Virus record (IMG/VR): IMGVR_UViG_3300021387_003827
Coordinates: 1-64,000 of that record
Reading direction: 5' to 3' (one strand)
Source: a virus
Taxonomy: Duplodnaviria > Caudoviricetes
DNA: 64,000 bases
In this document: in pieces, positions 35,500 to 45,196 of the stretch
How positions within the stretch are numbered: the first letter of the stretch is position 1
Layout: each line of letters starts with the position of its first letter
The notes under the pieces: generated by a model
The model's input: only the letters and a program-made list of their open reading frames with translations
Told to the model about the DNA's origin: nothing
Databases searched by the model: none
Position numbers and translations under genes: made by a program

Positions 35500-37203
35500 A
35501 TGAAAAGAAACGAGAACCTGATACAAAAAATCTTCGGAGCTACATCCGTCGGAAAAGGTGGAATGCCTCTTCGCTCCAATATATATGGAACAAGAGGATA
35601 TACCCCTATCGGACAGACTGGCTCTAGAATTTTTGATAATGAAAGAAACTCTCCGCTACTTGGAAACTATGCTGCCTCTAATACCTTAAGTGGATATTAC
35701 GAGAAGCTTAGTGAACTTAGGGGATATCAACTATTAGATATCTCAAAATTAGCGGTAAACTTCTTCTCTGACTATATCATAAACTTTCTTGCAGATGATT
35801 CAAACGGCTATCAGATTGCTTCTATCCTTAATGATGAGGGTGAAATAGATGAAGTCGTTTCCGAAAGAATTAATGATATTCTGTCCAAAGATATTCGTAT
35901 TTTTGACTATATCAAGGATCATATTCAAGATTATGTATTCTATGGAGACTATTATTCCATGCTTCTTGCCTCTAAAGACGATGAAGGACATACAAAGTTT
36001 AGAGTCGAAGAACTTTATGACCCAATTGCAGTAGTCGTTAAGAAAAAGAGGGGCAAAGATGGTGAGATGGATGAGGTGTTTCTAGCCAAAGGAGATGACG
36101 GTAGTGTATATGAGATTCCAAAAGAAGAAGTTATATACTTAGCCACCAATAATTTGAGATTAAAGAATGATATCTCGGGGAATTGGAAAGAAACCGCAAA
36201 ACCTAAATCTATAAAAGATCAGAAAAATCGCGAAAAAGTTCTCCTTAAAGAATCATTTTCTGCATCTGAACCACTATTTTACTCTCTAATCCTGAAAGTA
36301 AAGGAGCTCGTAGTAAAGGAGCTTCTTGTTTCTCTTATTAGTCTTAGAGATTTGTCTTCGGTTCAGATATTCCTTCTTCAATTTGATAAGTCCGTTCCCC
36401 TTGAAACTGCAGAAGAATTGTGTTCAAAGACTACAAAATTAGCTAATGCAACTAATGAAGTAGCCTCTTTCCTTACTTCTCAGTTTGATGTTGTGAGCTT
36501 TATTGAGAATACTTTGGTTCAGTCCGCTAAATTTGTTCCAGATTATAATTCGACAATTGGCGGAAAAAACGCTATGGTCCCTCTTGATAAGCTCTCTGAT
36601 AAGCTCTTAGACATTATGCAATCTATAGATACTTGTAGGAATAACGTCTTAGGGCCTCTTGGATTACCTTCTACCATTGTCGATTCTACGTCTGGCTCAA
36701 AGTGGCAAGTTCTCCAACAGTCTGAACGGGCTAATTCAAGAGTAGCATTCTTTATGGCTGGTATTAAGGACTCTGTCACTAGTCTTGTATGTAATATCTA
36801 TAAGATTATTTATGGAGAAGAATTAAATCCAAGTTGTGTAAAACTTCATATTGCAGAAAAAACGTCCGTCGAGTATAATAATCAAATTAACCAGTCTGAG
36901 TCTATAAATGGCCTCTTAAACGGTCTTACTCAGGTTATAAGTAATGCTCTCCAGACGTTAGAACAGGCTTCACCGCTGATTGATGCTAGGGCTTATCTTT
37001 CGTATATTCATAACTTACTTAAAGATATAGACCCCAACACCGAATCAATCATAACTAAGGATACAATGAATACTTATCTTAAGACCTTAGTCGCGAAGCT
37101 TAGAAATCAATATGAACAGCTAGGAATGAATCCAGAGGATATAATGTCTCTATTCCCAGATCCAGAGGAAGAAGAACAATCATCTAAACTAGAAAAATTA
37201 TGA
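35500..37203 (+). CDS. Portal protein (T4 gp20-like)
   Basis: First gene of head cluster; 567 aa, helical; YVFYGDYY and LGLPS motifs; QKIFG site near N-terminus. Confidence 0.7.
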   Translation: MKRNENLIQKIFGATSVGKGGMPLRSNIYGTRGYTPIGQTGSRIFDNERNSPLLGNYAASNTLSGYYEKLSELRGYQLLDISKLAVNFFSDYIINFLADDSNGYQIASILNDEGEIDEVVSERINDILSKDIRIFDYIKDHIQDYVFYGDYYSMLLASKDDEGHTKFRVEELYDPIAVVVKKKRGKDGEMDEVFLAKGDDGSVYEIPKEEVIYLATNNLRLKNDISGNWKETAKPKSIKDQKNREKVLLKESFSASEPLFYSLILKVKELVVKELLVSLISLRDLSSVQIFLLQFDKSVPLETAEELCSKTTKLANATNEVASFLTSQFDVVSFIENTLVQSAKFVPDYNSTIGGKNAMVPLDKLSDKLLDIMQSIDTCRNNVLGPLGLPSTIVDSTSGSKWQVLQQSERANSRVAFFMAGIKDSVTSLVCNIYKIIYGEELNPSCVKLHIAEKTSVEYNNQINQSESINGLLNGLTQVISNALQTLEQASPLIDARAYLSYIHNLLKDIDPNTESIITKDTMNTYLKTLVAKLRNQYEQLGMNPEDIMSLFPDPEEEEQSSKLEKL

Positions 37204-37499
37204 TTATACTAAGAGATAAATCATTCTCCGATAAGAAAGAAGATATCGGAAGAAAAGCCAGGAATACTGGTATTATAGCGGCTGGAACTGGTGCTGGGAT
37301 GTATGCACTTGGGAAACTTGGCGAGAAGGTAGGCAGAGGAAAAAGTAAGTATGCCGAAAGTCTAGCCAAGAAAGGACCTAAAGCTAAAACTGCCGGACTA
37401 ATTCTTGCTGGTTCTGGAGCTGTTCTTAGTGCCGCCGGTGAAATAAAACGTAGGAGAGATAAGAAAAAGAGCCATGATAATTCTAAGAAAGAAGACTAA
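37200..37499 (+). CDS. Leader-tagged Gly-zipper protein
   Basis: MIILRDKSFS. Confidence 0.78.
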   Translation: MIILRDKSFSDKKEDIGRKARNTGIIAAGTGAGMYALGKLGEKVGRGKSKYAESLAKKGPKAKTAGLILAGSGAVLSAAGEIKRRRDKKKSHDNSKKED

Positions 37500-37800
37500 G
37501 TCATTTTCTTTCGAGGAACAGGAGCAGATTACATCAAGGGAGCTTCAAATAGAGCAACTGAGGATGCAAAGGCAAATTCTGGAGACTCAAAAGCTCAAGG
37601 AAAAACTTAGGGCACAAGAGTCACAGCAGCGCTTAAAACAGCTCTCCCAGGCTCAAAAAGTTGAACAGAAGAGAGATATGGAGGAAGACAAAAATCAGAT
37701 TAAGGTCAGAAGGATCGAAGATGAAAATAATTCCCCCAAGAATGTAAGTCTCTATAAAACAAGATCTAAAGTAATCACTCCTATTCCGATGAGAGGATAA
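37474..37800 (+). CDS. Leader-tagged Gln-rich coiled-coil protein
   Basis: MIILRKKTKSFS. Confidence 0.75.
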   Translation: MIILRKKTKSFSFEEQEQITSRELQIEQLRMQRQILETQKLKEKLRAQESQQRLKQLSQAQKVEQKRDMEEDKNQIKVRRIEDENNSPKNVSLYKTRSKVITPIPMRG

Positions 37801-37804
37801 TATT

Positions 37805-37939
37805 ATGAATGAAGAATTAAAAGAAAAGACGTTCGTGGAAGGATGTGAGAATGCTCCTAGCGAACTTTCTGAAAAGACATATAATCCATTACATAGTAGC
37901 GATGAAGAACTTTTTACGAAAAATTTTCTCCTGGGTTAG
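37805..37939 (+). CDS. 44-aa acidic ORF not in the track (possible prohead core peptide)
   Basis: MNEELKEKTFVEGCENAPSELSEKTYNPLHSSDEELFTKNFLLG*; fills the gap between genes. Confidence 0.55.
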   Translation: MNEELKEKTFVEGCENAPSELSEKTYNPLHSSDEELFTKNFLLG

Positions 37940-38198
37940 AAGTCAGACATGGATTCCAGAGTGGTTAAGAGAGTCTAATCGAGAGAAGCACTTAGTTCTC
38001 GGAATTCCTTGTGGGTTCCTATCATTAATCTTTACCTTAGGCTGTGCATGTGGTCTTGAGACTAAAGACGTACAATATAATAATTGGGACTTTAAAGCTT
38101 GGGACTGGAAAGATTTTGGTGCTACAATGATTGGCGGCTTTATTGGCTTCCTCATTCGCTCTATTATCATACTTGTAATACTTTTAATCGTACATTAA
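37902..38198 (+). CDS. Small membrane protein (holin candidate)
   Basis: REKHL...E.KD...WDWKDFGATMIGG; 2-3 TM segments; start at M20 of track ORF. Confidence 0.6.
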   Translation: MKNFLRKIFSWVRSQTWIPEWLRESNREKHLVLGIPCGFLSLIFTLGCACGLETKDVQYNNWDFKAWDWKDFGATMIGGFIGFLIRSIIILVILLIVH

Positions 38199-38201
38199 TA
38201 T

Positions 38202-38873
38202 ATGGAAAGCAATCCCTTTGGCTCTGATGATTTAAGAAATAAAATCCTTGCCAAAGAAGGAAGGCTGGATATAGATAGTCAGAGTCAAGATAACGACGAT
38301 CTTATGGGGATTATATCTTCTGCCCCGGTTATTCCGAATAGCGCAAAGAATGTAATCCTGGACTCAAAAGCAATGGCCATAGCAAACCGGAAAGAAAAAG
38401 AAGGTGAAATTGCTGTGGCTATAACAGATATGCTTACGGACCTCAATGAACAGTATGACCTAGATTTGGATGGAATTAATATAAATAATTTCACACAAAC
38501 TCTAGCTAATGTCATTGATCCTAAGAAACGTGAGATACTTGAACTCTATGTCTCTGAAATAAGTAAATCTATAAAACCCGTCCTCTACTTGCATATTCTC
38601 CAAAGACTTATGTTAGTTATGGATAATGTTCTTAGTCCGGAAGTTCTGTTCTCAAATGAATTCTCAGCCCCTGACAAGGTTCTACTTCTTGAAAAGATTG
38701 TAGCTATGGCTGGAGAATTATCAGACGCCCTGGAAGAAATGAAAGTGGAGAATTCTGATGCCGTTCTTAAGAAGATAGCAGAAACAAAGAACGATGAGAA
38801 CTTAGAATCACCCGAGTCTAAGAAGATAATAGAGGAATTTATGTCAATGTTTAAAAAAGATAAAGGACTATGA
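38202..38873 (+). CDS. Hypothetical acidic helical protein
   Basis: Long ORF in head operon. Confidence 0.7.
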   Translation: MESNPFGSDDLRNKILAKEGRLDIDSQSQDNDDLMGIISSAPVIPNSAKNVILDSKAMAIANRKEKEGEIAVAITDMLTDLNEQYDLDLDGININNFTQTLANVIDPKKREILELYVSEISKSIKPVLYLHILQRLMLVMDNVLSPEVLFSNEFSAPDKVLLLEKIVAMAGELSDALEEMKVENSDAVLKKIAETKNDENLESPESKKIIEEFMSMFKKDKGL

Positions 38874-39283
38874 TTGTATATAGAAGTAAACTATTTACAG
38901 ATATAAACGAAGACATAGTAACGAGATATCTTGGTGTTCTGGGAGGTTTTATCTTTAAGGCCAAATCTTTACATTGGGCAGCCTCTGGAAAAGATATACA
39001 TGAATATCTTGATGATTTCTGGGAGATTATTTATAATTTCCAAGACACCGTAGCTGAGTGTTGGATGGGAATAAATGGCCAGCTTGGTCCGGATGATGTG
39101 ACCTTTGTTGCCGCCGAATCCCAAAACCCAAAGGATTTCATTAAAGAAGTTGAAGATAAGACCACTGATTTTTATGAACTTCTTCCACAAGATGACCCTC
39201 GATTTAAGGGACTTATCAGCGAAGTGGAGAATTTCATGCACGAGATAGAAAAATATAAGTATCTCTTTGGTCTTTGTATGTAA
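38870..39283 (+). CDS. Leader-tagged Dps/ferritin-like protein
   Basis: MIVYRSKLFT; KSLHW...IHEYLDDF...DTVAE ferroxidase-like pattern; KYKYL end. Confidence 0.75.
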   Translation: MIVYRSKLFTDINEDIVTRYLGVLGGFIFKAKSLHWAASGKDIHEYLDDFWEIIYNFQDTVAECWMGINGQLGPDDVTFVAAESQNPKDFIKEVEDKTTDFYELLPQDDPRFKGLISEVENFMHEIEKYKYLFGLCM

Positions 39284-39318
39284 AATAAAATAATGTCGGG
39301 AAACGTTATTTTTGGTAC

Positions 39319-39393
39319 AGTGCATTAGTTCAGCCAGGTTAGAATGCCACACTGTCACTGTGGATGTCACGGGTCCGAATCCCGTATGCACTG
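39319..39393 (+). tRNA. tRNA-Asp (GUC)
   Basis: Acceptor AGTGCAT/ATGCACT, D arm GTTC/GAAT, anticodon arm CCACA-CTGTCAC-TGTGG, T arm ACGGG-TCCGAAT-CCCGT, discriminator G; followed by CTA, not CCA. Confidence 0.9.
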
Positions 39394-39518
39394 CTAAGAG
39401 TGTATGTGGGAGGCCCCGATGCGCCCACCTGCACTATAAAAAAAAAGATTCTTCCCTCTATATAGGGGAGTTTATATAGAGGGATTTTCCCTGAAAGTAA
39501 TAATTCATTATACGAAAC

Positions 39519-40814
39519 ATGCGTTGTAAGGTAAAATTATTTAGCACCAATCCGACTGAATTAGCAGCGGATGGTAGTCATGTGCCTGCTTCGTCATTCC
39601 TTGAATATAGAAATAGTGATAATTACAAGAAGATGATTGCATCTAAGACTGGATGGGTTTCTGCCACTCATAGAGGTAGAGCTCTGTCTAATGCAACTAA
39701 TTCTGGACCAACTATCGCTAAATCTGTAGGCAGAAATGATATGAGCCTGCTTATGACTGAACATGGAGCTGAGCCTATATTTTATATTACGAGCTTAGAT
39801 CTAGAGAATGATGGGTGGGTATATGCATGGATAGAGTCCTTCCCACCCGAAAATATGGACGACAATGCTCTCCAAACTTATAAGAGATTAAAATATCTTA
39901 TAATGGCTGGGTGTCTTATCTCTACCAGTATGGTATGTCTTGCCTTCTGGTCTGAGGAACCCGGGTCAAAGAAGTCCATAGCTAAGAAGATTGTATCCAT
40001 TTCCGGACTTGATTTTACCACCGGTCCTTCTTGGGCTGATAGTGGTATTGTAGAATCCTATGATGATTCTGGAAATCTTATATCAAGCCTCAGTGAACAA
40101 CTTACCACGAAGAAATTTTCGGATATTCAACTAGATGATATCAAATTCGAGGAAGTAAAAGTTAAGATGTTCTCTGATGTTTCTGATATTCCTGGTGCCG
40201 CCGGTCTTCCTAAGTCTTCAAAGATTGATGGATCTTTCACTAGACTGGGAGCTAAGTCCTTCTCATACACTGGGACTTGTGGTGGTATCTGTGAGGTTGC
40301 AGAAGATGAGGAGGATAAAACATTCTCTGAACCAGAACAGAAGGAATTCACTCAGGCTCAAGTTAGAGAAAGACTTAGAGAGGCTAAAATGGGTGGTCCG
40401 AGAATGGAAATGAGACGTACAATTCTTTCCTATAAACAGCTTCTGAAACAAATGGGTGGAGTTGATAAGATGAATCCTGAGGATGTAAAAATTCTCAAAT
40501 CTCTCCTTACCTCCGATCTTCTCCGTATTGTGGGAAGTGTTTCAGATCAAATTGCAAGTGGAAAGAATATTAATACTCTCCTTGGTCTTAGCTCTTTAGG
40601 ATCTACGTTTAGGAAATATGGCCAAGCTCTTATGATGCCAATGAAACTCGGTATAAACGAGCTTAAGAGAAATGGATTTGTTACCAAAGCAAGATATCAG
40701 AAGCTTCAGGCTGCATATACTGATTTTGTTAATGCGGTAGTAGAAGATATTTTTGGTCCAAATCCTAGCCCAGTCATTAATGAAGACGAGAATCTAGAAG
40801 AAAATGAAGAATAA
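39519..40814 (+). CDS. Prohead maturation protease (T4 gp21-like fold) with C-terminal extension
   Basis: ATHR (His), ISTSM (Ser), GLDFTTGPSW (Asp; cf. DxVxxPS); lies upstream of scaffold and capsid genes. Confidence 0.7.
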   Translation: MRCKVKLFSTNPTELAADGSHVPASSFLEYRNSDNYKKMIASKTGWVSATHRGRALSNATNSGPTIAKSVGRNDMSLLMTEHGAEPIFYITSLDLENDGWVYAWIESFPPENMDDNALQTYKRLKYLIMAGCLISTSMVCLAFWSEEPGSKKSIAKKIVSISGLDFTTGPSWADSGIVESYDDSGNLISSLSEQLTTKKFSDIQLDDIKFEEVKVKMFSDVSDIPGAAGLPKSSKIDGSFTRLGAKSFSYTGTCGGICEVAEDEEDKTFSEPEQKEFTQAQVRERLREAKMGGPRMEMRRTILSYKQLLKQMGGVDKMNPEDVKILKSLLTSDLLRIVGSVSDQIASGKNINTLLGLSSLGSTFRKYGQALMMPMKLGINELKRNGFVTKARYQKLQAAYTDFVNAVVEDIFGPNPSPVINEDENLEENEE

Positions 40815-41448
40815 TATGGAAAAAAGAATTAAATTATTTTCTCGTCCTGAAGAAAGAAAGATTAAATTATTCTCGGCCGATAGTGAAGAGCTTGGATTTC
40901 AGAGGGTATTTTCTGAAACAACTGACCCTCTTGAACTTAAGCTCAAAGAATTTTCCGGCCGTGAGCTAGATCTTTCAGAGTATGAAAAGGAATTCAGCGA
41001 TTATGACCTTATCGAGAAAGGTTATGCTGAAAAATCTGAAAACTCTGTTAAAATTACATCTTCTGCATTCCCCATGTCTCGCCTATTCTCTACAATTACT
41101 ATAACTATTGCAGATGATTTAGGCCTAGATAAGGATATAGTTTGTGGAAAATGTAATAAAGAAGAGGTTATTTCCGGACTACATGAAAGACTAAGCCCAG
41201 CTGCTATCATGATTTTAAAACAGGCTCATGGTATTCCAGTTGAAGAAGATCAGAATACTTGGATAAAGGATTCTGGTATTGAGAAAGATATTGATTTTGA
41301 ATTTAAAGAGGATGACTCTAAACCCCTCCCCGAATTCAAAAGATTTCTTGAAGAAAGATATAACGACGCACCATCCGATATTCTTGATATCCTCAAAAAT
41401 AAAGGTATCATAAGAGTTGATGGCGAAGTGGTAAAAATTATAAAGTAA
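40804..41448 (+). CDS. Prohead core-like protein with six [K/R]xFS sites
   Basis: KLFS x2, RVFS, KEFS x2, RLFS. Confidence 0.65.
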   Translation: MKNNMEKRIKLFSRPEERKIKLFSADSEELGFQRVFSETTDPLELKLKEFSGRELDLSEYEKEFSDYDLIEKGYAEKSENSVKITSSAFPMSRLFSTITITIADDLGLDKDIVCGKCNKEEVISGLHERLSPAAIMILKQAHGIPVEEDQNTWIKDSGIEKDIDFEFKEDDSKPLPEFKRFLEERYNDAPSDILDILKNKGIIRVDGEVVKIIK

Positions 41449-41463
41449 ACTTATTATTAAATT

Positions 41464-43611
41464 ATGGTAACTAGACTTATGTCACGACTCTTCTCTGCCA
41501 CCGAGGAAAGAGATTCTGAACTTACCGAGCAGGTTGGTAATGATATCGAGGCCGCAAAGAAAAATGGTGTTGTCGATACTGAAGAGTTAAAGTTTGAAGA
41601 CAAAGGTGATGGCAAGGTTGCTATTACCGACAAAGAAAATGGCGAGGTGACTATGGCAGAGCTGAACCAGGAAGGTCAATATGAGCTTTATCCTGCCGAG
41701 CAGTCTGAGCAGATCGAGGGCTTTATCCACCCGGAAGGGGATGGTGTAACTCCTGGTGCTCAAGTTGGCGCTCCGGATGAGCATGCTGAAGACCACATGA
41801 CTGGTGAAGATGTTATAGCCCCCAATAAAGAAGATGGTGGCCTGAATCCTGAAGCTGGCCACGAAGCGAGAGTTGACGATTCTCAGAAGCCCGCAGAGGA
41901 TGTATGCCCTGAGTGTGGCAAAAACCCTTGTGAATGCGAGAAGGATGAGAAAGAGAAGGAATTTAGTGTTTCTACTGACAATGCTGCTGTTCTTCGTATC
42001 TTCTCCGATCAAGAATTCTGTGAGAGAATCTTCTCTGAGGTTATCGCTACCGAAGAAACCGCTAAGGTTGGTGATCTGAAGGTTGAAAAAGTTGCTGACG
42101 AGGACAATGCCGTTATCGTTACTTCTGAATCCACTGGTGATCAGGCTAAGGTTGTGGTTAATGAAGATGATCTTGATGTGTCTGAATTAGACAGTAAGGA
42201 ATTCTCTGATGATGAGGACGAAGATGATGAATGCAAGAATTGTCATGACGACGCTGCCTATGCTCTTAGAGTTGTTGGTGTTGACACTGACAATCACGTT
42301 CTTATCGACTCTCCTGTGTATGACGAACAGGCCGCTAATGACCTTGTAAATCGTCTTAATGAACTTGGCATTGAAGGTGTTCAGGTATTTGGAAGTGATG
42401 AAGAGGCTCGTGAATATGCTGCAGAACTTCTTAATAGTCTCGGCGTAGAGTCCGATGATGACATTGATGAGCCCGAAGAGGCTACATTCTCAGACACTGA
42501 CGAATATACCCTTTATACTACCCAGTTCTCTACTAACCAGACCTATACGAATGAAGCCCAAACTAAGTTCTTCTCCGAGAAAGAAAACATGACTGACTAT
42601 ATGGTTCGTCTGTTCTCTGAGGAAGCTAGTGAGGAAGCTATTGAGTCTGCTGTTGCCCAGGGTATTCCGATTGCCACTGAAAATGAAACCATCGTTCCTA
42701 TCGATGAAGCCACTGCTGTCATTGAAGATAAGGAGAATGGTGAATATACCTTAGCTGTTGTTAACGAAGATCACATTGAGGTTAATCCTATCGATGAGGA
42801 TTCTGCTAAAGGTATGATAGAGGAAAAGGATACTCCTAAGCCCGAAGTTGAGGAGGAAAAGGACTTCTCCGAAATGTATTGCAACGAAGCTCAGACTAAA
42901 TTCTTCTCCCTTGGTGAGCCTATGACCCAGTATATGGTTCGCCTGTTCTCTGATGTTTCCGATCAGGAGGATATTGAGAAGGCTATCGAGTCTGGTGATA
43001 AGGTTGAGACTGAGACCGAAATCATCACTCCTATCGATGAGAAGACCGTCGTGGTTGAAGATAAGGAGAATGGTGAATTTACTAAGGCAGTTCTTGATGA
43101 GGAAGACATTGACGTTAATCCTATTTCAGAGGCTGAGGCTGCTGAACTTCTCCCCGCAGAGAGCGACGTAAAAGTCGAAGTAGAGGAAGAGAAGAAAGAG
43201 GATTCTGACGACAAGCACGAGGAAGAGAAGAAAGAAGACGACGATGAAAAGAAGGAGGATGAGAAGAAATTCTCCGACCCTATGTCTAAGTTCTTCGCTG
43301 AGGTCTCTGGTGTTGCTGTAGATGCTCCTAAGACTGTTGAATTTATTGTGGATGAGAATGGTAATCCCGTTCGTCCGGTTGTAGCTGAGGCTGATTCTGA
43401 AGAAGCTACTCCCGTTGAGGCAATTGAAGATAAGGCCCTTGCTGCTGTTCAGTCCATTCAGGCTGCTGCCGCTGAAGCCCAAGCTCAAATCCTTAACGCA
43501 AAATCTGCTCCTGTAGAGAATCAAGAAGATCTCCAGGAAGCTACATTCTCTCAGAAAGAGAGTAATTCCAATGACATCGTTGTTTCTTGGATTAAAGGAA
43601 ACATGAGATAA
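41464..43611 (+). CDS. Acidic scaffold / prohead core protein
   Basis: Very Asp/Glu-rich; directly upstream of capsid gene; repeats DKENGE and NEAQTKFFS...YMVRLFS; 14 FS dipeptides. Confidence 0.8.
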   Translation: MVTRLMSRLFSATEERDSELTEQVGNDIEAAKKNGVVDTEELKFEDKGDGKVAITDKENGEVTMAELNQEGQYELYPAEQSEQIEGFIHPEGDGVTPGAQVGAPDEHAEDHMTGEDVIAPNKEDGGLNPEAGHEARVDDSQKPAEDVCPECGKNPCECEKDEKEKEFSVSTDNAAVLRIFSDQEFCERIFSEVIATEETAKVGDLKVEKVADEDNAVIVTSESTGDQAKVVVNEDDLDVSELDSKEFSDDEDEDDECKNCHDDAAYALRVVGVDTDNHVLIDSPVYDEQAANDLVNRLNELGIEGVQVFGSDEEAREYAAELLNSLGVESDDDIDEPEEATFSDTDEYTLYTTQFSTNQTYTNEAQTKFFSEKENMTDYMVRLFSEEASEEAIESAVAQGIPIATENETIVPIDEATAVIEDKENGEYTLAVVNEDHIEVNPIDEDSAKGMIEEKDTPKPEVEEEKDFSEMYCNEAQTKFFSLGEPMTQYMVRLFSDVSDQEDIEKAIESGDKVETETEIITPIDEKTVVVEDKENGEFTKAVLDEEDIDVNPISEAEAAELLPAESDVKVEVEEEKKEDSDDKHEEEKKEDDDEKKEDEKKFSDPMSKFFAEVSGVAVDAPKTVEFIVDENGNPVRPVVAEADSEEATPVEAIEDKALAAVQSIQAAAAEAQAQILNAKSAPVENQEDLQEATFSQKESNSNDIVVSWIKGNMR

Positions 43612-43636
43612 TTTAATAAAATATTTTATTATAGTA

Positions 43637-45082
43637 ATGAATAATTATAAGACTTATATGGAGCGTCCTGAAATGATGGAGGCTCTTATCAACAGCTCTG
43701 TTTCTGTTGATGATGCTAAAATTCGTTCTAACGAATATGCCAAGATGTTCTCTCGTAACGACGAGCTGAAAGACTTCTTCGGCCTTAGCAACTCTTCTAA
43801 TCTTCTGCAGAAGACCTTCTCTGGTTATGCAGAGACCCCTCTCATGAGCACTCAGTATTTCAATGCTTCTGTTGCTTCTTATGTTAGCTCCTTCGCTGGC
43901 TTTATGTCCATTGAAAGAGATTTCGATCAGCCTAACGGTCTGTTCTACTGGTTCGACGTTCTCGGTGTTACCGATATGCGTTCCGTTATTCCTAACCTCG
44001 GTCCGGATAACTACCAGGATATCAACACCATGGGTGGCTTCAAGTTCGATGTGAATGTTACCGCTTCTGCTTCCTTCTCTGCTCTTGTAGGTAGAAAGCT
44101 TATCCCTGGTACCGTTCGCGTGAAAGTGAAGACCGCTACTGACTCCTTCGAGCTTATCGATAACGGTCAGGGCGCTTTCATGGCTGTGTCTGGTAAGATC
44201 ACTGCTGGTACCCTGAATTATCTGGGTGGTCGTATCGAGTTCACCCTCGCTACTGCCCTCACCGGTGATGCCACCAAGGAATCCATCGTGATTGTTGGTA
44301 AGGAAGATGTTACTGGTACTCCTTCTAATACTAATGGTGCTTCTAATGCCCATGCTAACGATAAGAGATTCATTGCTAAGATGCAGCAGATTGGTCTCAG
44401 CACTGTTCCTGACATGCTGGTGGCTGAATACAATATCGCTGCTCTCGGTGCCATGAAGAAGGCCACTGGTTCTGATATGGCTACCTTCCTGTTCACCAAG
44501 CTGCGTGAGCTCTATACCAAGGCTATCAACTATAAGCTCGTTTCCACTCTTGAAGAGGGTTACGAAGGCGACGTTCTTGTCGATCTCGATCTGTCACAGA
44601 CCGCTATGACTGGTCAGTTCTATGACTATCAGTCCCGCATCAACCTCTTTGATGCTTATCTTGTGAACGTTGAAACCGCTCTGGCTTCTAAGGCTATCAA
44701 GGCTGTCTCCACCACTGCTTATGTGGCTGGTGTAAACGCTTGTAACCAGTTCACCAAGGGTCGTGGTATTGGTAAGTTCGAGAAGAACACCAAGATGACC
44801 TACATCAACGACCTCGCTGGTTGGTATGACGGCGTGCCCGTGCTCCGTTCCAACGATATCGCTGAGGAAAATGGTCATGGTGTATTCTATGCTATCCACA
44901 AGACCGCTGATGGTCAGATGGCTCCTCTTGCCCGTGGTATTTATATGCCTCTGACCGATACTCCTACCGTCGGTAACTACAACAACCCGACCCAGATGGC
45001 TTCTGGTATCTACTACCAGGAGGGTACCAAGTATCTTGCCCCTGAGCTCGTACAGAAGGTTGACTTCAAGCTCGGTCTCTAA
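43637..45082 (+). CDS. Major capsid protein (HK97 fold, T4 gp23-like)
   Basis: QPNGLFYW; FIAKMQQ...LVAEYNIAALGAMKKATGSD...LYTKAIN aligns by eye with the gp23 spine region; YMPL; strongest codon bias in the window; terminator follows. Confidence 0.88.
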   Translation: MNNYKTYMERPEMMEALINSSVSVDDAKIRSNEYAKMFSRNDELKDFFGLSNSSNLLQKTFSGYAETPLMSTQYFNASVASYVSSFAGFMSIERDFDQPNGLFYWFDVLGVTDMRSVIPNLGPDNYQDINTMGGFKFDVNVTASASFSALVGRKLIPGTVRVKVKTATDSFELIDNGQGAFMAVSGKITAGTLNYLGGRIEFTLATALTGDATKESIVIVGKEDVTGTPSNTNGASNAHANDKRFIAKMQQIGLSTVPDMLVAEYNIAALGAMKKATGSDMATFLFTKLRELYTKAINYKLVSTLEEGYEGDVLVDLDLSQTAMTGQFYDYQSRINLFDAYLVNVETALASKAIKAVSTTAYVAGVNACNQFTKGRGIGKFEKNTKMTYINDLAGWYDGVPVLRSNDIAEENGHGVFYAIHKTADGQMAPLARGIYMPLTDTPTVGNYNNPTQMASGIYYQEGTKYLAPELVQKVDFKLGL

Positions 45083-45129
45083 AATTCTTGGGAAATAACT
45101 TCCCCTTAAGATAGAAGAATTTAAATCTT

Positions 45130-45184
45130 TGGGAGAAGAATCTACTATTGTCTTTGACTTTGGTGGGTCCTTCTCCCATTTTTA
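45130..45184 (+). terminator. Terminator after capsid gene
   Basis: tgggagaag...cttctccca followed by T6. Confidence 0.75.
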
Positions 45185-45196
45185 TTATAATATCTC

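Noticed and set aside
39394-39490. Theta/HDV-like ribozyme after the tRNA
   Set aside because: Only simple hairpins; I could not build the nested double pseudoknot or find the catalytic C junction.
43613-44353. 246-aa antisense ORF over the capsid gene, and other antisense ORFs over scaffold and Gly/Lys-rich genes
   Set aside because: Expected shadow of strong codon bias; no independent signals.
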